From a candidate division FCPU426 bacterium (GTDB taxonomy: Bacteria > Oederibacteriota > PGYV01 > Palsa-1178): a DNA stretch of 64,000 bases. Below, one piece after another: positions 50,619-59,889 of the stretch; the first letter of the stretch is position 1; the number at the start of each line of letters is the position of its first letter. A program made the translations under genes and the position numbers. The notes under the pieces were generated by a model that worked only from the letters and a program-made list of their open reading frames with translations, was not told the origin of the DNA and did not search any database. The stretch is from positions 416,001 to 480,000 of the forward strand of contig CAWIXE010000003.1 in assembly GCA_963840035.1 (NCBI GenBank), in the 5' to 3' direction.

Positions 50619-51182
50619 ATGAAAAAAATATTGTTCACTTCGTTAATGATGCTTATGTGTTTTACCCTGCTTCTGGGGTTTATCTACCCTGTGATAGTCT
50701 GGGCCGTGTCCGGCCTGGCGTTCCCGTGGCAGGCTAAAGGCAGCCTTGTTGCAAAAGGCGGCGTTGTCGTCGGAAGCTCCATTATCGGGCAAAAATTCAC
50801 GTCGGCAAGGTATTTTCACGCGAGGCCTTCTGCCGTGGATTTTAACGCCGGAGCTTCGGGCGGGTCGAACCTCGGACCGTCAAACCCGGACCTGGTATCA
50901 AGGATAATAAACAATGCCGATGCCGAGATAAAGGCAAACCCCGGACAGGCGGAAAAGGTGCCTGGAGAGCTGGTTTGCGCGTCATCAAGCGGCCTTGACC
51001 CGCACATAACAAAAGAAGCGGCGATGTGGCAGGTAAAACGGGTGGCAAAAGCACGCGCTTTGGATGAAAAAAAGCTGGGCGGGTACGTTGAAAAAATGGC
51101 GCAAAAACCCCTTTTCGGATTCATCGGGCCGGAAAAGGTGAATGTGCTTGAACTGAACATGTACCTGGATTCAGGCATATAA
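50619..51182 (+). CDS. kdpC: K+-transporting ATPase subunit C
   Basis: GSSIIGQKF, SGGSNLGP, SSSGLDPHI and VNVLELN. Confidence 0.96.
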   Translation: MKKILFTSLMMLMCFTLLLGFIYPVIVWAVSGLAFPWQAKGSLVAKGGVVVGSSIIGQKFTSARYFHARPSAVDFNAGASGGSNLGPSNPDLVSRIINNADAEIKANPGQAEKVPGELVCASSSGLDPHITKEAAMWQVKRVAKARALDEKKLGGYVEKMAQKPLFGFIGPEKVNVLELNMYLDSGI

Positions 51183-51248
51183 AAAACAGTCTTCAGCGGC
51201 GCTAAAAACTGCTATAATATTACGGGGATTTCAATTACAGGGATATGC

Positions 51249-52775
51249 ATGAAAAATAAAATGTTTGAAAAGATAAAAGGGCTTGAGTTTTTTTTCAGCG
51301 CGGCTCTTACAGGTGGCATTACCGTTGTCGGTGTCGTTTTCAGGGACCAACTGGATGCCGCTAATTTTCCCGTCATCTACCTGCTGGCGGTGGTATTAAG
51401 CGCGGTCTGGTGGGGTATGGCCGTGTCGGTTTTTTCCGCGATAGCGGGAGTGCTTGCTTTTGATTTTTTTCTGGTCCTGCCATACCATTCACTGAGAATA
51501 AGCGATCTTAAATACGCCTATATATTCGCAAGTTTCATAATCACGGGCGTGATAGTGAGCCTTGTGGCGTCGCGCGCGCGCAGCCAGGCTATCGAGGCAA
51601 AGCAGCGCGAGGCAAAAACCTCCCTGCTTTACAGGCTCAGCAGGGAAATGGCGGCGTGCGAGACAATGGCCGAGGTGATAGCATCGGTGAGGAAAAATGT
51701 CGGGGAATTGCTGGGATGTTCCACCGCAGTATTCCTTCCGGATGAGAAGGGGATACATGCCGCGGGAAGCGACGGGGATTTTCCTGCTGATGAGCACGAG
51801 AACGCGGTCGCGCACTGGGTCATGTCGAATAAAAAACCTGCCGGAGCGGGCACACTGGTGCTCAGCGCGGCAAAGGCATTATATGTTCCCCTCGAGATAT
51901 CAAGGAAAACAGTTGGAGTGCTCGGCATTATGACGCGGGACGGCCGTAAAATATTTGACACCCCGGAAATTGACCTCCTGGAAGCGCTTTCAAGTCAGTC
52001 TTCAGTGGCCATACAGCGCGTGAAGCTGGCGGGAGAATCCAGGGAAATGGAGATTGCCGGCCAGACGCAGGCGCTCCAGACCGCGCTTTTAAACTCGATC
52101 TCCCACGACCTGCGCACCCCGCTTGTATCCATAACCGGAGCTTTGAGCACGCTGTCGCAGGATTTCGAGGCTGTAGACCCGCAGGACAGGATAGAACTGC
52201 TCCGGGCCGCGTATGAGGATTCGCTGCACCTCAATGATATTGTGGGAAACCTCCTGGACATCACAAGGGTGGAGTCGGGCAAGATGAAACCGGACATAAA
52301 ACCCTGTGACTTGAAGGACTTGGTCGGCGCGTCCTTAAAAGCCGTGAAAAACAGGATTGATGACAGAAAGGTGGATGTGGACATACCCGGGGCTATATTT
52401 GAAATACCCGCGGACTTTACACTTTTGATGAGGGTTTTTATCAATCTGATCGATAACGCCGTAAAATATTCTTTGCCCGGCTCCGGTATCACAGTTAAGG
52501 CCAGGGAGCAGGATGGCGCGGTATTAATAGAGGTAAAAGACGGGGGTTTTGGCATACCGGAGCAGGACCTTGAACATATATTTGACAAATTTTTCAGGGC
52601 GGCGAAACCCAGGCAGGTCTCCGGGACGGGACTGGGACTCTCAATATGCAGGGGTATAGTGGAAGCCCATGGCGGTAAAATATGGGCCAGAAATAATCCG
52701 GACGGGGGCGCAACCTTCATCATCAGTCTGCCGGCATACCGCCGCGCAAACCGGGCTGAAAAGAAGCTGGGCTGA
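51249..52775 (+). CDS. KdpD C-terminal part: 4-TM + GAF + HisKA + HATPase, no KdpD-N/Usp domains
   Basis: Starts directly with TM helices (AFDFFLVLPYHSL); SISHDLRTPL, NLIDNAVKY and GTGLGL. Confidence 0.88.
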   Translation: MKNKMFEKIKGLEFFFSAALTGGITVVGVVFRDQLDAANFPVIYLLAVVLSAVWWGMAVSVFSAIAGVLAFDFFLVLPYHSLRISDLKYAYIFASFIITGVIVSLVASRARSQAIEAKQREAKTSLLYRLSREMAACETMAEVIASVRKNVGELLGCSTAVFLPDEKGIHAAGSDGDFPADEHENAVAHWVMSNKKPAGAGTLVLSAAKALYVPLEISRKTVGVLGIMTRDGRKIFDTPEIDLLEALSSQSSVAIQRVKLAGESREMEIAGQTQALQTALLNSISHDLRTPLVSITGALSTLSQDFEAVDPQDRIELLRAAYEDSLHLNDIVGNLLDITRVESGKMKPDIKPCDLKDLVGASLKAVKNRIDDRKVDVDIPGAIFEIPADFTLLMRVFINLIDNAVKYSLPGSGITVKAREQDGAVLIEVKDGGFGIPEQDLEHIFDKFFRAAKPRQVSGTGLGLSICRGIVEAHGGKIWARNNPDGGATFIISLPAYRRANRAEKKLG

Positions 52776-52776
52776 T

Positions 52777-53475
52777 ATGGGCGACACAACAGGCCTGCGC
52801 GTGCTCGTAGTTGACGACGAAAGGACCATCAGGCAGTTTTTAAAGGCCGCGTTGAAATCAAAAGGCATGTCCGTAACGGAGGCATCCGAAGGGGGGCAGG
52901 CCGTTGATGCCGCTTTGAACTCCCATCCCGACGTGGTCATACTGGACCTGGGGCTTCCGGATATGGACGGCATTGAAGTTGTAAAAAAGATAAGGGAAAG
53001 GTCGCCCGTTCCCATAATAATCCTGTCCGTGCGCGAGTCTGAAAATGACAAGATCTCGGCATTGGACGCGGGAGCCGATGATTATCTGACGAAGCCGTTT
53101 AACGCGGGCGAACTGCTTGCAAGGATAAGGACAATAATGCGCAGGTTAAAACCGGGCGGGGAAGGGCCGGTCTACAGGTCCGGGGCGCTTGAAGTCGATA
53201 TAACGAAACATTCTGTGACTTCCGGAGGCAGGGCTGTCAAACTGACTCCCGTTGAATTCGATATATTAAAAATGTTTGTGATGAACACGGGCAAGGTACT
53301 GACCCATATGCGGATACTGAAGGAAATATGGGGCAAAAACGACGATCCTGAGGACGCGCTCCACCTGCTCAGGGTAACCATAAGCAACTTAAGGGACAAA
53401 ATCGAACCTGACCCGAACAGGCCGGAACATATACTGACCGAGCCCGGTGTCGGCTACAGGCTTAATGAGGAGTAA
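52777..53475 (+). CDS. kdpE: Response regulator KdpE (OmpR family)
   Basis: VLVVDDE, LDLGLPDMDG, GADDYLTKPF and ILTEPGVGYRL. Confidence 0.93.
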   Translation: MGDTTGLRVLVVDDERTIRQFLKAALKSKGMSVTEASEGGQAVDAALNSHPDVVILDLGLPDMDGIEVVKKIRERSPVPIIILSVRESENDKISALDAGADDYLTKPFNAGELLARIRTIMRRLKPGGEGPVYRSGALEVDITKHSVTSGGRAVKLTPVEFDILKMFVMNTGKVLTHMRILKEIWGKNDDPEDALHLLRVTISNLRDKIEPDPNRPEHILTEPGVGYRLNEE

Positions 53476-53477
53476 TA

Positions 53478-55526
53478 ATGGCTGAAGACAACGTTTTAAA
53501 ACCCGATTCCCAGGCCCTTCTTGACGAGCTGAAGAAGTCGCAATCCGGCGATAAAAAAGGGCTGTTAAAATTATTCATAGGTTATGCCCCCGGCGTAGGC
53601 AAGACATATTCCATGCTTGAGCAGGCGCAGGCGATGAAAAGCAGGGGTGTCGACGTTGTAGTGGGCGTGGTGGAAACCCATAAGAGGAAAGAAACGCAGG
53701 AACTTCTGGAAGGGCTTGAGATCGTTCCCATGACGGAGATAACATATAAGAATGTGAAATTATACGAACTCGATACGCAGGCCATAATAAAGCGCGCCCC
53801 GAAAGTGGTCCTCGTGGACGAGCTGGCCCACACCAATGCCCCGGGGTCCGTGCATTTGAAAAGGTATCAGGACGTGCTGGAACTTACTGAAAATAAAATA
53901 GACGTGTATACAACGGTGAACATACAGCATTTTGAGAGCGTAAACGACATGGTCGCCGGTGTGACCGGGGTGAAAGTGCAGGAGACGGTGGCTGATTCGG
54001 TCCTGGACCAGGCTGACGAGATAGAGGTCAAGGACATACCCATAGAGGAGCTTCACCAGCGGCTTAAGGACGGCAAGGTGTACATACCCGAGCAGGCAAA
54101 GATCGCCGTCGACAAGTTCTTCAAGAGGTCCAACCTTCTGGCGCTCCGGGAGATAACCCTGCGCAGGGTGGCCACCAAGCTGGATTCGGAGCTGGTCAAC
54201 TACATGAAGGCAAAAGCGATCATCGGGCCCTGGCCCGTAACCGAACGGCTCCTGGTATGCGTGGCGCCTTCCCCTTACGCCAAGCAGCTCATACGCAAGG
54301 CGTATCATCTGGCGGGCGAGATAAAAGCCGAGTGGTACGCGGTGTATGTGGAATCGATTTCCCAGCTTCAGATGGATGACAGCGACAGGGCAAAGCTGGC
54401 CGAGACGCTGGAATTCGCGGAGGAGCTCGGGGCGAAAGTCAGGACGCTTTCGGGCAATGACGTGGCGGAGGAGCTGCTGCGCTTTTCCGAACAGGAAAAA
54501 GTGACAAGGATAATGATCGGCAAGCCATCGGCTAAGCACGGTTTTGATATATTCAACCCCTCGCCGGCGCAGAAACTCATGAAGTCCAGCAGGGAGATAG
54601 ACATCTACCTGATAGAACCCAATGTCGAAGGCCAGGAAAAGGCAAGGCGGGATGAGCGGAAAAAGGCGATGCCCGGGTTCAAGCTTGTTGAATATATTTA
54701 CAGTTTCCTCCTGATCCTGCCGGTCGTTGCCCTCGGTTTCCTGCTGCATTCGGTCTTCAAGATAGAGAATTTCTCCGTTATCTTCATCATGGCCGTGGTG
54801 GCCAGCGCGTATCTGTTCGGGACATACCCGTCGTTCTTTGTCTCCGTGGTGAGCGTCATATTTTACGATTTCTTATTCGTGCCGCCGTACTTCAGTTTCA
54901 CCATTGGCAGGCTCGAATACGCGGTCGAGATAATCATCTTCCTGATAACGTCATTTGCCGTGGGTGAGATAACAAGGTTATTCAGGCGCCAGAAGGAAGC
55001 TTTAAGGATGCGCCTTGAAAATATCAGGATACTGGAGCAGATGGGCAGGGAACTGCTTGGCGTACCCACCATTGAGCAGGTAATGGATTCAACGGCAGAG
55101 AACAGGAACCCGGAGCTTGCCGAGACCATCCAGCTTATTAACATTGACATTATGGAGCAGGTGGCCGGCATCATATCCGGATACCTGTCTAAAGTCCTGA
55201 AAGTCCCTAACATGATAATCTTTAAAGACAGGGATAAAAAAGTGAAGGTGTGGGCCAGGTCTGAGGATGATATTTCCATCTCAAAAAACGATATGGGCGT
55301 GGCCAACTGGGTCTACGAAAAGGGCGATCCGGCCGGCAGGGGCACAAGGACACTGGTATCATCGGAATTTGTATTCCTGCCAATGGAAACAAGGAACGGC
55401 ATAGTGGGCGTTATTGCTTTAAAGACAGATTACGCCCAGGTGCTCCCGCAGGATAAATATTTCATAACGGCAATCGCTGATTTCGCGGCCATTGCCGCTG
55501 AAAAGTGCGCGAAACTTATGGTTTAG
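53478..55526 (+). CDS. KdpD N-terminal part: KdpD domain + Usp + 4-TM + GAF, no kinase
   Basis: GYAPGVGKTY, VDELAHTN, RYQDV and ERLLVCV; TM FYDFLFVPPYFSF; stops after GAF with no H-box. Confidence 0.88.
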   Translation: MAEDNVLKPDSQALLDELKKSQSGDKKGLLKLFIGYAPGVGKTYSMLEQAQAMKSRGVDVVVGVVETHKRKETQELLEGLEIVPMTEITYKNVKLYELDTQAIIKRAPKVVLVDELAHTNAPGSVHLKRYQDVLELTENKIDVYTTVNIQHFESVNDMVAGVTGVKVQETVADSVLDQADEIEVKDIPIEELHQRLKDGKVYIPEQAKIAVDKFFKRSNLLALREITLRRVATKLDSELVNYMKAKAIIGPWPVTERLLVCVAPSPYAKQLIRKAYHLAGEIKAEWYAVYVESISQLQMDDSDRAKLAETLEFAEELGAKVRTLSGNDVAEELLRFSEQEKVTRIMIGKPSAKHGFDIFNPSPAQKLMKSSREIDIYLIEPNVEGQEKARRDERKKAMPGFKLVEYIYSFLLILPVVALGFLLHSVFKIENFSVIFIMAVVASAYLFGTYPSFFVSVVSVIFYDFLFVPPYFSFTIGRLEYAVEIIIFLITSFAVGEITRLFRRQKEALRMRLENIRILEQMGRELLGVPTIEQVMDSTAENRNPELAETIQLINIDIMEQVAGIISGYLSKVLKVPNMIIFKDRDKKVKVWARSEDDISISKNDMGVANWVYEKGDPAGRGTRTLVSSEFVFLPMETRNGIVGVIALKTDYAQVLPQDKYFITAIADFAAIAAEKCAKLMV

Positions 55527-55632
55527 ATCAACAGATATCATAGCAAATCAAAGATCAATACTGCGTTTTGACCGGGCTGGCGGTAAATCCCGATTTAAAC
55601 GCCTTATTTATAAGCCTGTTTTCATTTTCCTC

Positions 55633-55660
55633 TTGAATTCCAGCCCGTAAAAGGTATAAT
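55633..55660 (+). promoter_or_regulatory. Probable sigma70 promoter giving a ~190-nt leader
   Basis: TTGAAT, 16 nt, TATAAT. Confidence 0.6.
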
Positions 55661-55857
55661 AACTCCATTAATTTCAGCCCATACGGCCGGTATTCATAAA
55701 CGGTTAAGTTAAGGAAAGATATTGATGCACCCCAGGTAAGCCATGCGGGTAGTTTTGACCGCGGGCTTTAGACGGCTCACAAAGGAAGTCCTGTCCGGCA
55801 ATAAATCCCTTAAAATTTGATGTTATCGGACTAAGTGCATATAAAACTGGAGAACAG

Positions 55858-57849
55858 ATGGAAGAAAAAAAGAACATTTTTCAACAGGCAAAAGAGTTTT
55901 TGGTAGGAGGCGCCAGGAGCGTGCGCGACCCTCAGATATTTCATAAGGTATCCCTTATAGCCTTAATGGCATGGATAGGCCTGGGCGCCGACGGTATGAC
56001 CTCGTCATGCTATGGCCCTGAAGAATCGTTTATTACACTCGGAAGCCACTATGCACTGGGAGTGTTTGTGGCAATCGCGTCAGTTATAACCATTATAGTT
56101 ATCAGTATGAGTTATTCCCAGCTTATTGAGTTATTTCCGGCCGGCGGCGGCGGGTACCTTGTAGCCAGTAAATTGCTGTCGCCCACAGCCGGGGTTGTGT
56201 CAGGCTCTGCTCTAATAATCGACTATGTCCTGACTATCAGTTTATCCATCGCGGCTGGAGCCGATGCCCTATTTAGTTTTTTACCGGCGGATTTGCATGT
56301 CTATAAACTGTGGTTCGCAATTTTCGGGGTGGTTATTCTTACGGTCCTTAATCTAAGGGGGGTAAAAGAGTCTATCGCGGTAATCTCACCGATATTCGTT
56401 GTTTTTATCATAACGCATGTTTTTATAATCATATATGCTTTCGGTATGAATATAGGTAACTTCGGGTCGGTAATATCACAGACAACTGGCGAATTAAAAA
56501 ACACCGCAGGCATGCTTGGTATAGGCGGCATGATTATGTTAGTGCTGCGGGCGTATTCAATGGGCGCCGGAACATTCACCGGTATTGAGGCTGTGAGCAA
56601 CGGGATGAATGTATTCAAGGAACCCAAGGTTAAGAATGCCAAAACCACCATGGTATACATGGCTGCTTCGCTTTCTTTCCTGGTGCTCGGGATAACGCTG
56701 TCGTATGTGCTCTTCAGGCTAAATGTCCAGCCCGGGAAGACATTAAACGCGGTTTTGTTTGAAACCGTTACACAAGGCTGGGGCAACGGCGGAAAGGCTT
56801 TTGTCTTTATAACGCTGCTCTCGGAGGCCGCGCTCCTTTTTGTCGCGGCCCAGACCGGGTTCATCGGCGGCCCGGCCATCATAGCAAATATGGCGCGCGA
56901 CAAATGGCTGCCGACAAGGTTTGCGCTCTTATCCGACAGGCTTGTGGCCCATAACGGAATATTCATAATGAGCATAGCTGCCGTGTGCACGCTGCTCATC
57001 GCAAAGGGTTCGGTCAAATATCTCGTGGTCCTTTATTCAATAAACGTTTTTATAACCTTCACCCTGGCCCAGCTGGGCATGGTCGCGCACTGGTGGACAT
57101 CAAGGAAAAAGGAACCGCACTGGAAGAAAAAAATAGCCGTTAACGGCATCGGCCTTGCGTTAACCACGTTTATTCTGGTTATGGTAACGGTAATTAAATT
57201 TGCCGAAGGCGGATGGATTACCGTGGTCATTACTTCGGCGCTTATCGGGCTGTGTTATTTTATAAAAGGGCATTATAAGAAAGCGGGAAAAGAACTCCTG
57301 AAGCTGGACTCCCTCATCGAGGCGGCTGCGACGTATTCGCCGAACATGGTGGATGAAAAAAAGAAAAAGCAAGTGCCGCACTTTGATCCTGCCGCAAAAA
57401 CCGCCGTGGTATTTGTAAACGGGTTTAACGGGCTCGGGATGCACACGGCGCTTTCCATTATCAGGCTTTTTGGCAAGGCTTTTAAGAATTTTGTTTTTGT
57501 CCAGATAGGAATTGTGGATACAGGTAATTTCAAAGGCACTGAAGAAGTGGACCATCTCCAGACATATATACAAGGAGAGGTTGATTCATATGTGGATTTT
57601 TTCGTGGAGAACGGGTATTACGCTGAAGGCATTGTGTCAGTAGGTACGGAAGTCGTGGAAGAGGCGAATAAACTGGTCCCCAAGATACGCGATAAGTTTA
57701 CAGACCCGATTTTCTTCGGAGGCCAGCTGGTATTTAAGGAAGACACATTCATGACAAACCTGCTTCATAATTATATAGTATTCCAGCTGCAGCAGTCCAT
57801 GTACCACCAGGGCATTACTTTCGTTATACTTCCAATACGCGTTTACTAG
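55858..57849 (+). CDS. APC-superfamily transporter, KimA/YdaO-like (probable K+ uptake)
   Basis: GADGMTSSCYGPEE, GGGGYLVAS, IDYVLT, NLRGVKES, FTGIEAVSNG and KFAEGGW; soluble C-terminal domain; next to kdp. Confidence 0.8.
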   Translation: MEEKKNIFQQAKEFLVGGARSVRDPQIFHKVSLIALMAWIGLGADGMTSSCYGPEESFITLGSHYALGVFVAIASVITIIVISMSYSQLIELFPAGGGGYLVASKLLSPTAGVVSGSALIIDYVLTISLSIAAGADALFSFLPADLHVYKLWFAIFGVVILTVLNLRGVKESIAVISPIFVVFIITHVFIIIYAFGMNIGNFGSVISQTTGELKNTAGMLGIGGMIMLVLRAYSMGAGTFTGIEAVSNGMNVFKEPKVKNAKTTMVYMAASLSFLVLGITLSYVLFRLNVQPGKTLNAVLFETVTQGWGNGGKAFVFITLLSEAALLFVAAQTGFIGGPAIIANMARDKWLPTRFALLSDRLVAHNGIFIMSIAAVCTLLIAKGSVKYLVVLYSINVFITFTLAQLGMVAHWWTSRKKEPHWKKKIAVNGIGLALTTFILVMVTVIKFAEGGWITVVITSALIGLCYFIKGHYKKAGKELLKLDSLIEAAATYSPNMVDEKKKKQVPHFDPAAKTAVVFVNGFNGLGMHTALSIIRLFGKAFKNFVFVQIGIVDTGNFKGTEEVDHLQTYIQGEVDSYVDFFVENGYYAEGIVSVGTEVVEEANKLVPKIRDKFTDPIFFGGQLVFKEDTFMTNLLHNYIVFQLQQSMYHQGITFVILPIRVY

Positions 57850-57887
57850 TTAAAGTCAAAGGTTAAAAGTCAAAACCCAAAAGTGAA
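57849..57887 (+). repeat. One-armed heptamer array (unit GTCAAAA)
   Basis: GTTAAA GTCAAAG GTTAAAA GTCAAAA CCCAAAA GTGAA starting at the transporter stop codon. Confidence 0.7.
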
Positions 57888-57906
57888 CCTAAATCAGCCA
57901 TGGCTA

Positions 57907-57935
57907 TTGACAATATGTACATAATAACGTACAAT
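57907..57935 (+). promoter_or_regulatory. TA promoter with YefM-type operator cores
   Basis: TTGACA, 17 nt, TACAAT; TGTACA (57916) and CGTACA (57928) 12 bp apart. Confidence 0.8.
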
Positions 57936-57974
57936 TTAATTATGATAGAAATTTAAAACAAAAGGGGTTAAAAC

Positions 57975-58226
57975 ATGGACTTAATAATTCCCGTATCAGA
58001 GGTCAGGGGGAAGCTGGCTTCCCTTGTGAAGCGCATCAAAAAAGAGGGGAAGCACCTTATACTTACCAAGAACGGCAGGGCCGCGGCTGTGATGATATCC
58101 CCGGAAGAGCTTGAGACACTTGAAGTTATGGCAAACAAAAGCCTGCTAGCATCCATATTAAGGGGTATTGAGGATGCTGAAAACCGAAGGGTATATACAC
58201 ATAAGGAAGTTTTTAAGAATGTTTGA
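57975..58226 (+). CDS. Phd/YefM family antitoxin
   Basis: IPVSEVRGKLASLV..ILTKNGRAAAVMISPEE. Confidence 0.9.
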   Translation: MDLIIPVSEVRGKLASLVKRIKKEGKHLILTKNGRAAAVMISPEELETLEVMANKSLLASILRGIEDAENRRVYTHKEVFKNV

Positions 58227-58521
58227 GCTTTTATATACCAGGGAAGCAAAAGACAATATAGATAAACTTTCAATAAAGAAAAAGCGGCAGATAAAGGACG
58301 CTCTTGAACGCATCGCCGCTGACCCGGAAACAGGAAAACACCTGTCACACGACCTAAAAGGGCTATACTCCTGCCGGTCTGGTGATTATAGGATTATATA
58401 TAAGGTTTTCAGGGAAAAGGTAACAGTACTTGTTATTACTGTGGATCATAGGAAAGACGTCTATGAAAAACTCCCCAAAAAAACAGCAAATATCAAGGAT
58501 ATAAGCTTAAACGAAGAATAA
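58219..58521 (+). CDS. RelE/ParE family toxin
   Basis: LKGLYSCRSGDYRIIY..VITVDHRKDVYE; 8-nt overlap with the antitoxin. Confidence 0.9.
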   Translation: MFELLYTREAKDNIDKLSIKKKRQIKDALERIAADPETGKHLSHDLKGLYSCRSGDYRIIYKVFREKVTVLVITVDHRKDVYEKLPKKTANIKDISLNEE

Positions 58522-58628
58522 TGTAAATCTTCAATTAAATCCCATATTTATAAGGCGAAAAGCTTTTTTTTCTGTGTTATTTTGCGGCGTTTTCAGTCCC
58601 GTGTATTTTGCTTTCTCTTATATTTTCC

Positions 58629-58657
58629 TTGAACCACCTTAAAAATAAGGTTATAAT
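58629..58657 (+). promoter_or_regulatory. Probable sigma70 promoter of the hisC2-aro operon
   Basis: TTGAAC, 17 nt, TATAAT. Confidence 0.65.
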
Positions 58658-58703
58658 ACAATTCCTTGTGAAGTATCAGGCGAGGATATTAGGTTGTGGC
58701 CTT

Positions 58704-58738
58704 TAATTTCAAATTAGAAATCAGAAATTAGAAATTGA
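58704..58738. repeat. Heptamer array (unit AAATTAG) inside the leader hairpin
   Basis: TAATTTC (inverted unit), then AAATTAG AAATCAG AAATTAG AAATTGA. Confidence 0.75.
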
Positions 58739-58797
58739 AGCCCTCCCTACTCAAGGCACATCAAAACTTGAGACCATGAATGTAGGAGTGATGAAAG

Positions 58798-59880
58798 ATG
58801 AATAAATTTTCGGATGTAGCAAAGAAATCAGTCATGAATATCAAGCCTTATATTCCGGGCAAACCAATCGAAGAAGTCCAGCGCGAGCATGGCATTAAAA
58901 ACGTCATAAAGCTTGCCTCCAATGAAAACCCGCTCGGCCCTTCTCCACTGGCTGTTAAAGCCATGGAAAAAGCCGTAAAAAACGTGAACTTATACCCTGA
59001 AAGCGGCGCGTTTTATTTAAGGCGCGCTCTGGCAAAGCACCTCAAGGTAAAGGAAAATACCCTTGTCTTTGGCAACGGCTCAAATGAGATACTAAACATG
59101 ATTGCCGAGGCTTTTGTGGAGCCGGGCGACGAGGTGATGTTTTCCGCGCTTTCATTTGTGGTTTACCACATCGCCACTGACATGGTGGGCGGCACGGCCA
59201 TTCACATACCGCACAAAGAGTTCCGTCATGACATGGACGGGTTTATAAAGAGGCTCTCTGAGAAGACAAAACTCGTATATATCTGCAATCCCAATAACCC
59301 GACCGGCACATTCATAAAAAAGGACGAGTTCGAAAAATTCATGAACGCGGTGAGCCCGAAGACCATAGTGGCCCTTGATGAGGCGTACTTTGAATATGTC
59401 CAGGACAAGAATTACCCGGACGGCATTAAATACCTTTCTAAATACCCTAACTTAATAGTGCTGCGCACATTCTCGAAAATATACGGCCTGGCCGGAATAA
59501 GGATCGGCTACGCTGTTGCCGACCCGGATATTATTGAGATAATAGAAAGGGTCAGGGCGCCTTTTAACGCCAACCTCGTGGCGCAGGCAGGGGCTGAAGC
59601 GGCTGTTGCGGATAAAAAGCACTTAAAGAAGACCGTGAAAGTGAACAATGAAGGAAAAAAATACTTATATGCGGAATTAAAAAAACTCGGCATTGAATGC
59701 GTGCCGTCGCAGACAAACTTTATCTTTATGAAGTTCAAGTCAAACGGAAAGGTGGTCTTTGAGGCGCTGCTTAAACACGGCATAATCATTAGGCCCCAGC
59801 ACGACGACTACGGCAGGATAACGATAGGTACTATGGCTGAGAACAGGAAGTTAGTGGGGGCTTTAAAGAAGGTTGTTTAG
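58798..59880 (+). CDS. hisC: Histidinol-phosphate/aromatic aminotransferase (second HisC paralog)
   Basis: KLASNENPLG, NPNNPTG, DEAYFEY and RTFSKIYGLAG; in the aro/tyr operon. Confidence 0.9.
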   Translation: MNKFSDVAKKSVMNIKPYIPGKPIEEVQREHGIKNVIKLASNENPLGPSPLAVKAMEKAVKNVNLYPESGAFYLRRALAKHLKVKENTLVFGNGSNEILNMIAEAFVEPGDEVMFSALSFVVYHIATDMVGGTAIHIPHKEFRHDMDGFIKRLSEKTKLVYICNPNNPTGTFIKKDEFEKFMNAVSPKTIVALDEAYFEYVQDKNYPDGIKYLSKYPNLIVLRTFSKIYGLAGIRIGYAVADPDIIEIIERVRAPFNANLVAQAGAEAAVADKKHLKKTVKVNNEGKKYLYAELKKLGIECVPSQTNFIFMKFKSNGKVVFEALLKHGIIIRPQHDDYGRITIGTMAENRKLVGALKKVV

Positions 59881-59889
59881 GTAGTTTAA

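Noticed and set aside
53478..55560. kdpD as a frameshifted pseudogene
   Set aside because: No kinase-coding remnant follows the stop, and the kinase half is a separate upstream gene with its own TM region.
55527..55560. Weak ATCAA-type repeats after the kinase-less kdpD
   Set aside because: Irregular spacing and no inverted arm; too weak to count among the heptamer elements.
55665..55857. ydaO/c-di-AMP riboswitch upstream of the KimA-like gene
   Set aside because: I could not find the characteristic GCTGAATCC / GGGGTGAATC / CCCGTCAGCTAAC-type segments; kept only as an unknown leader.
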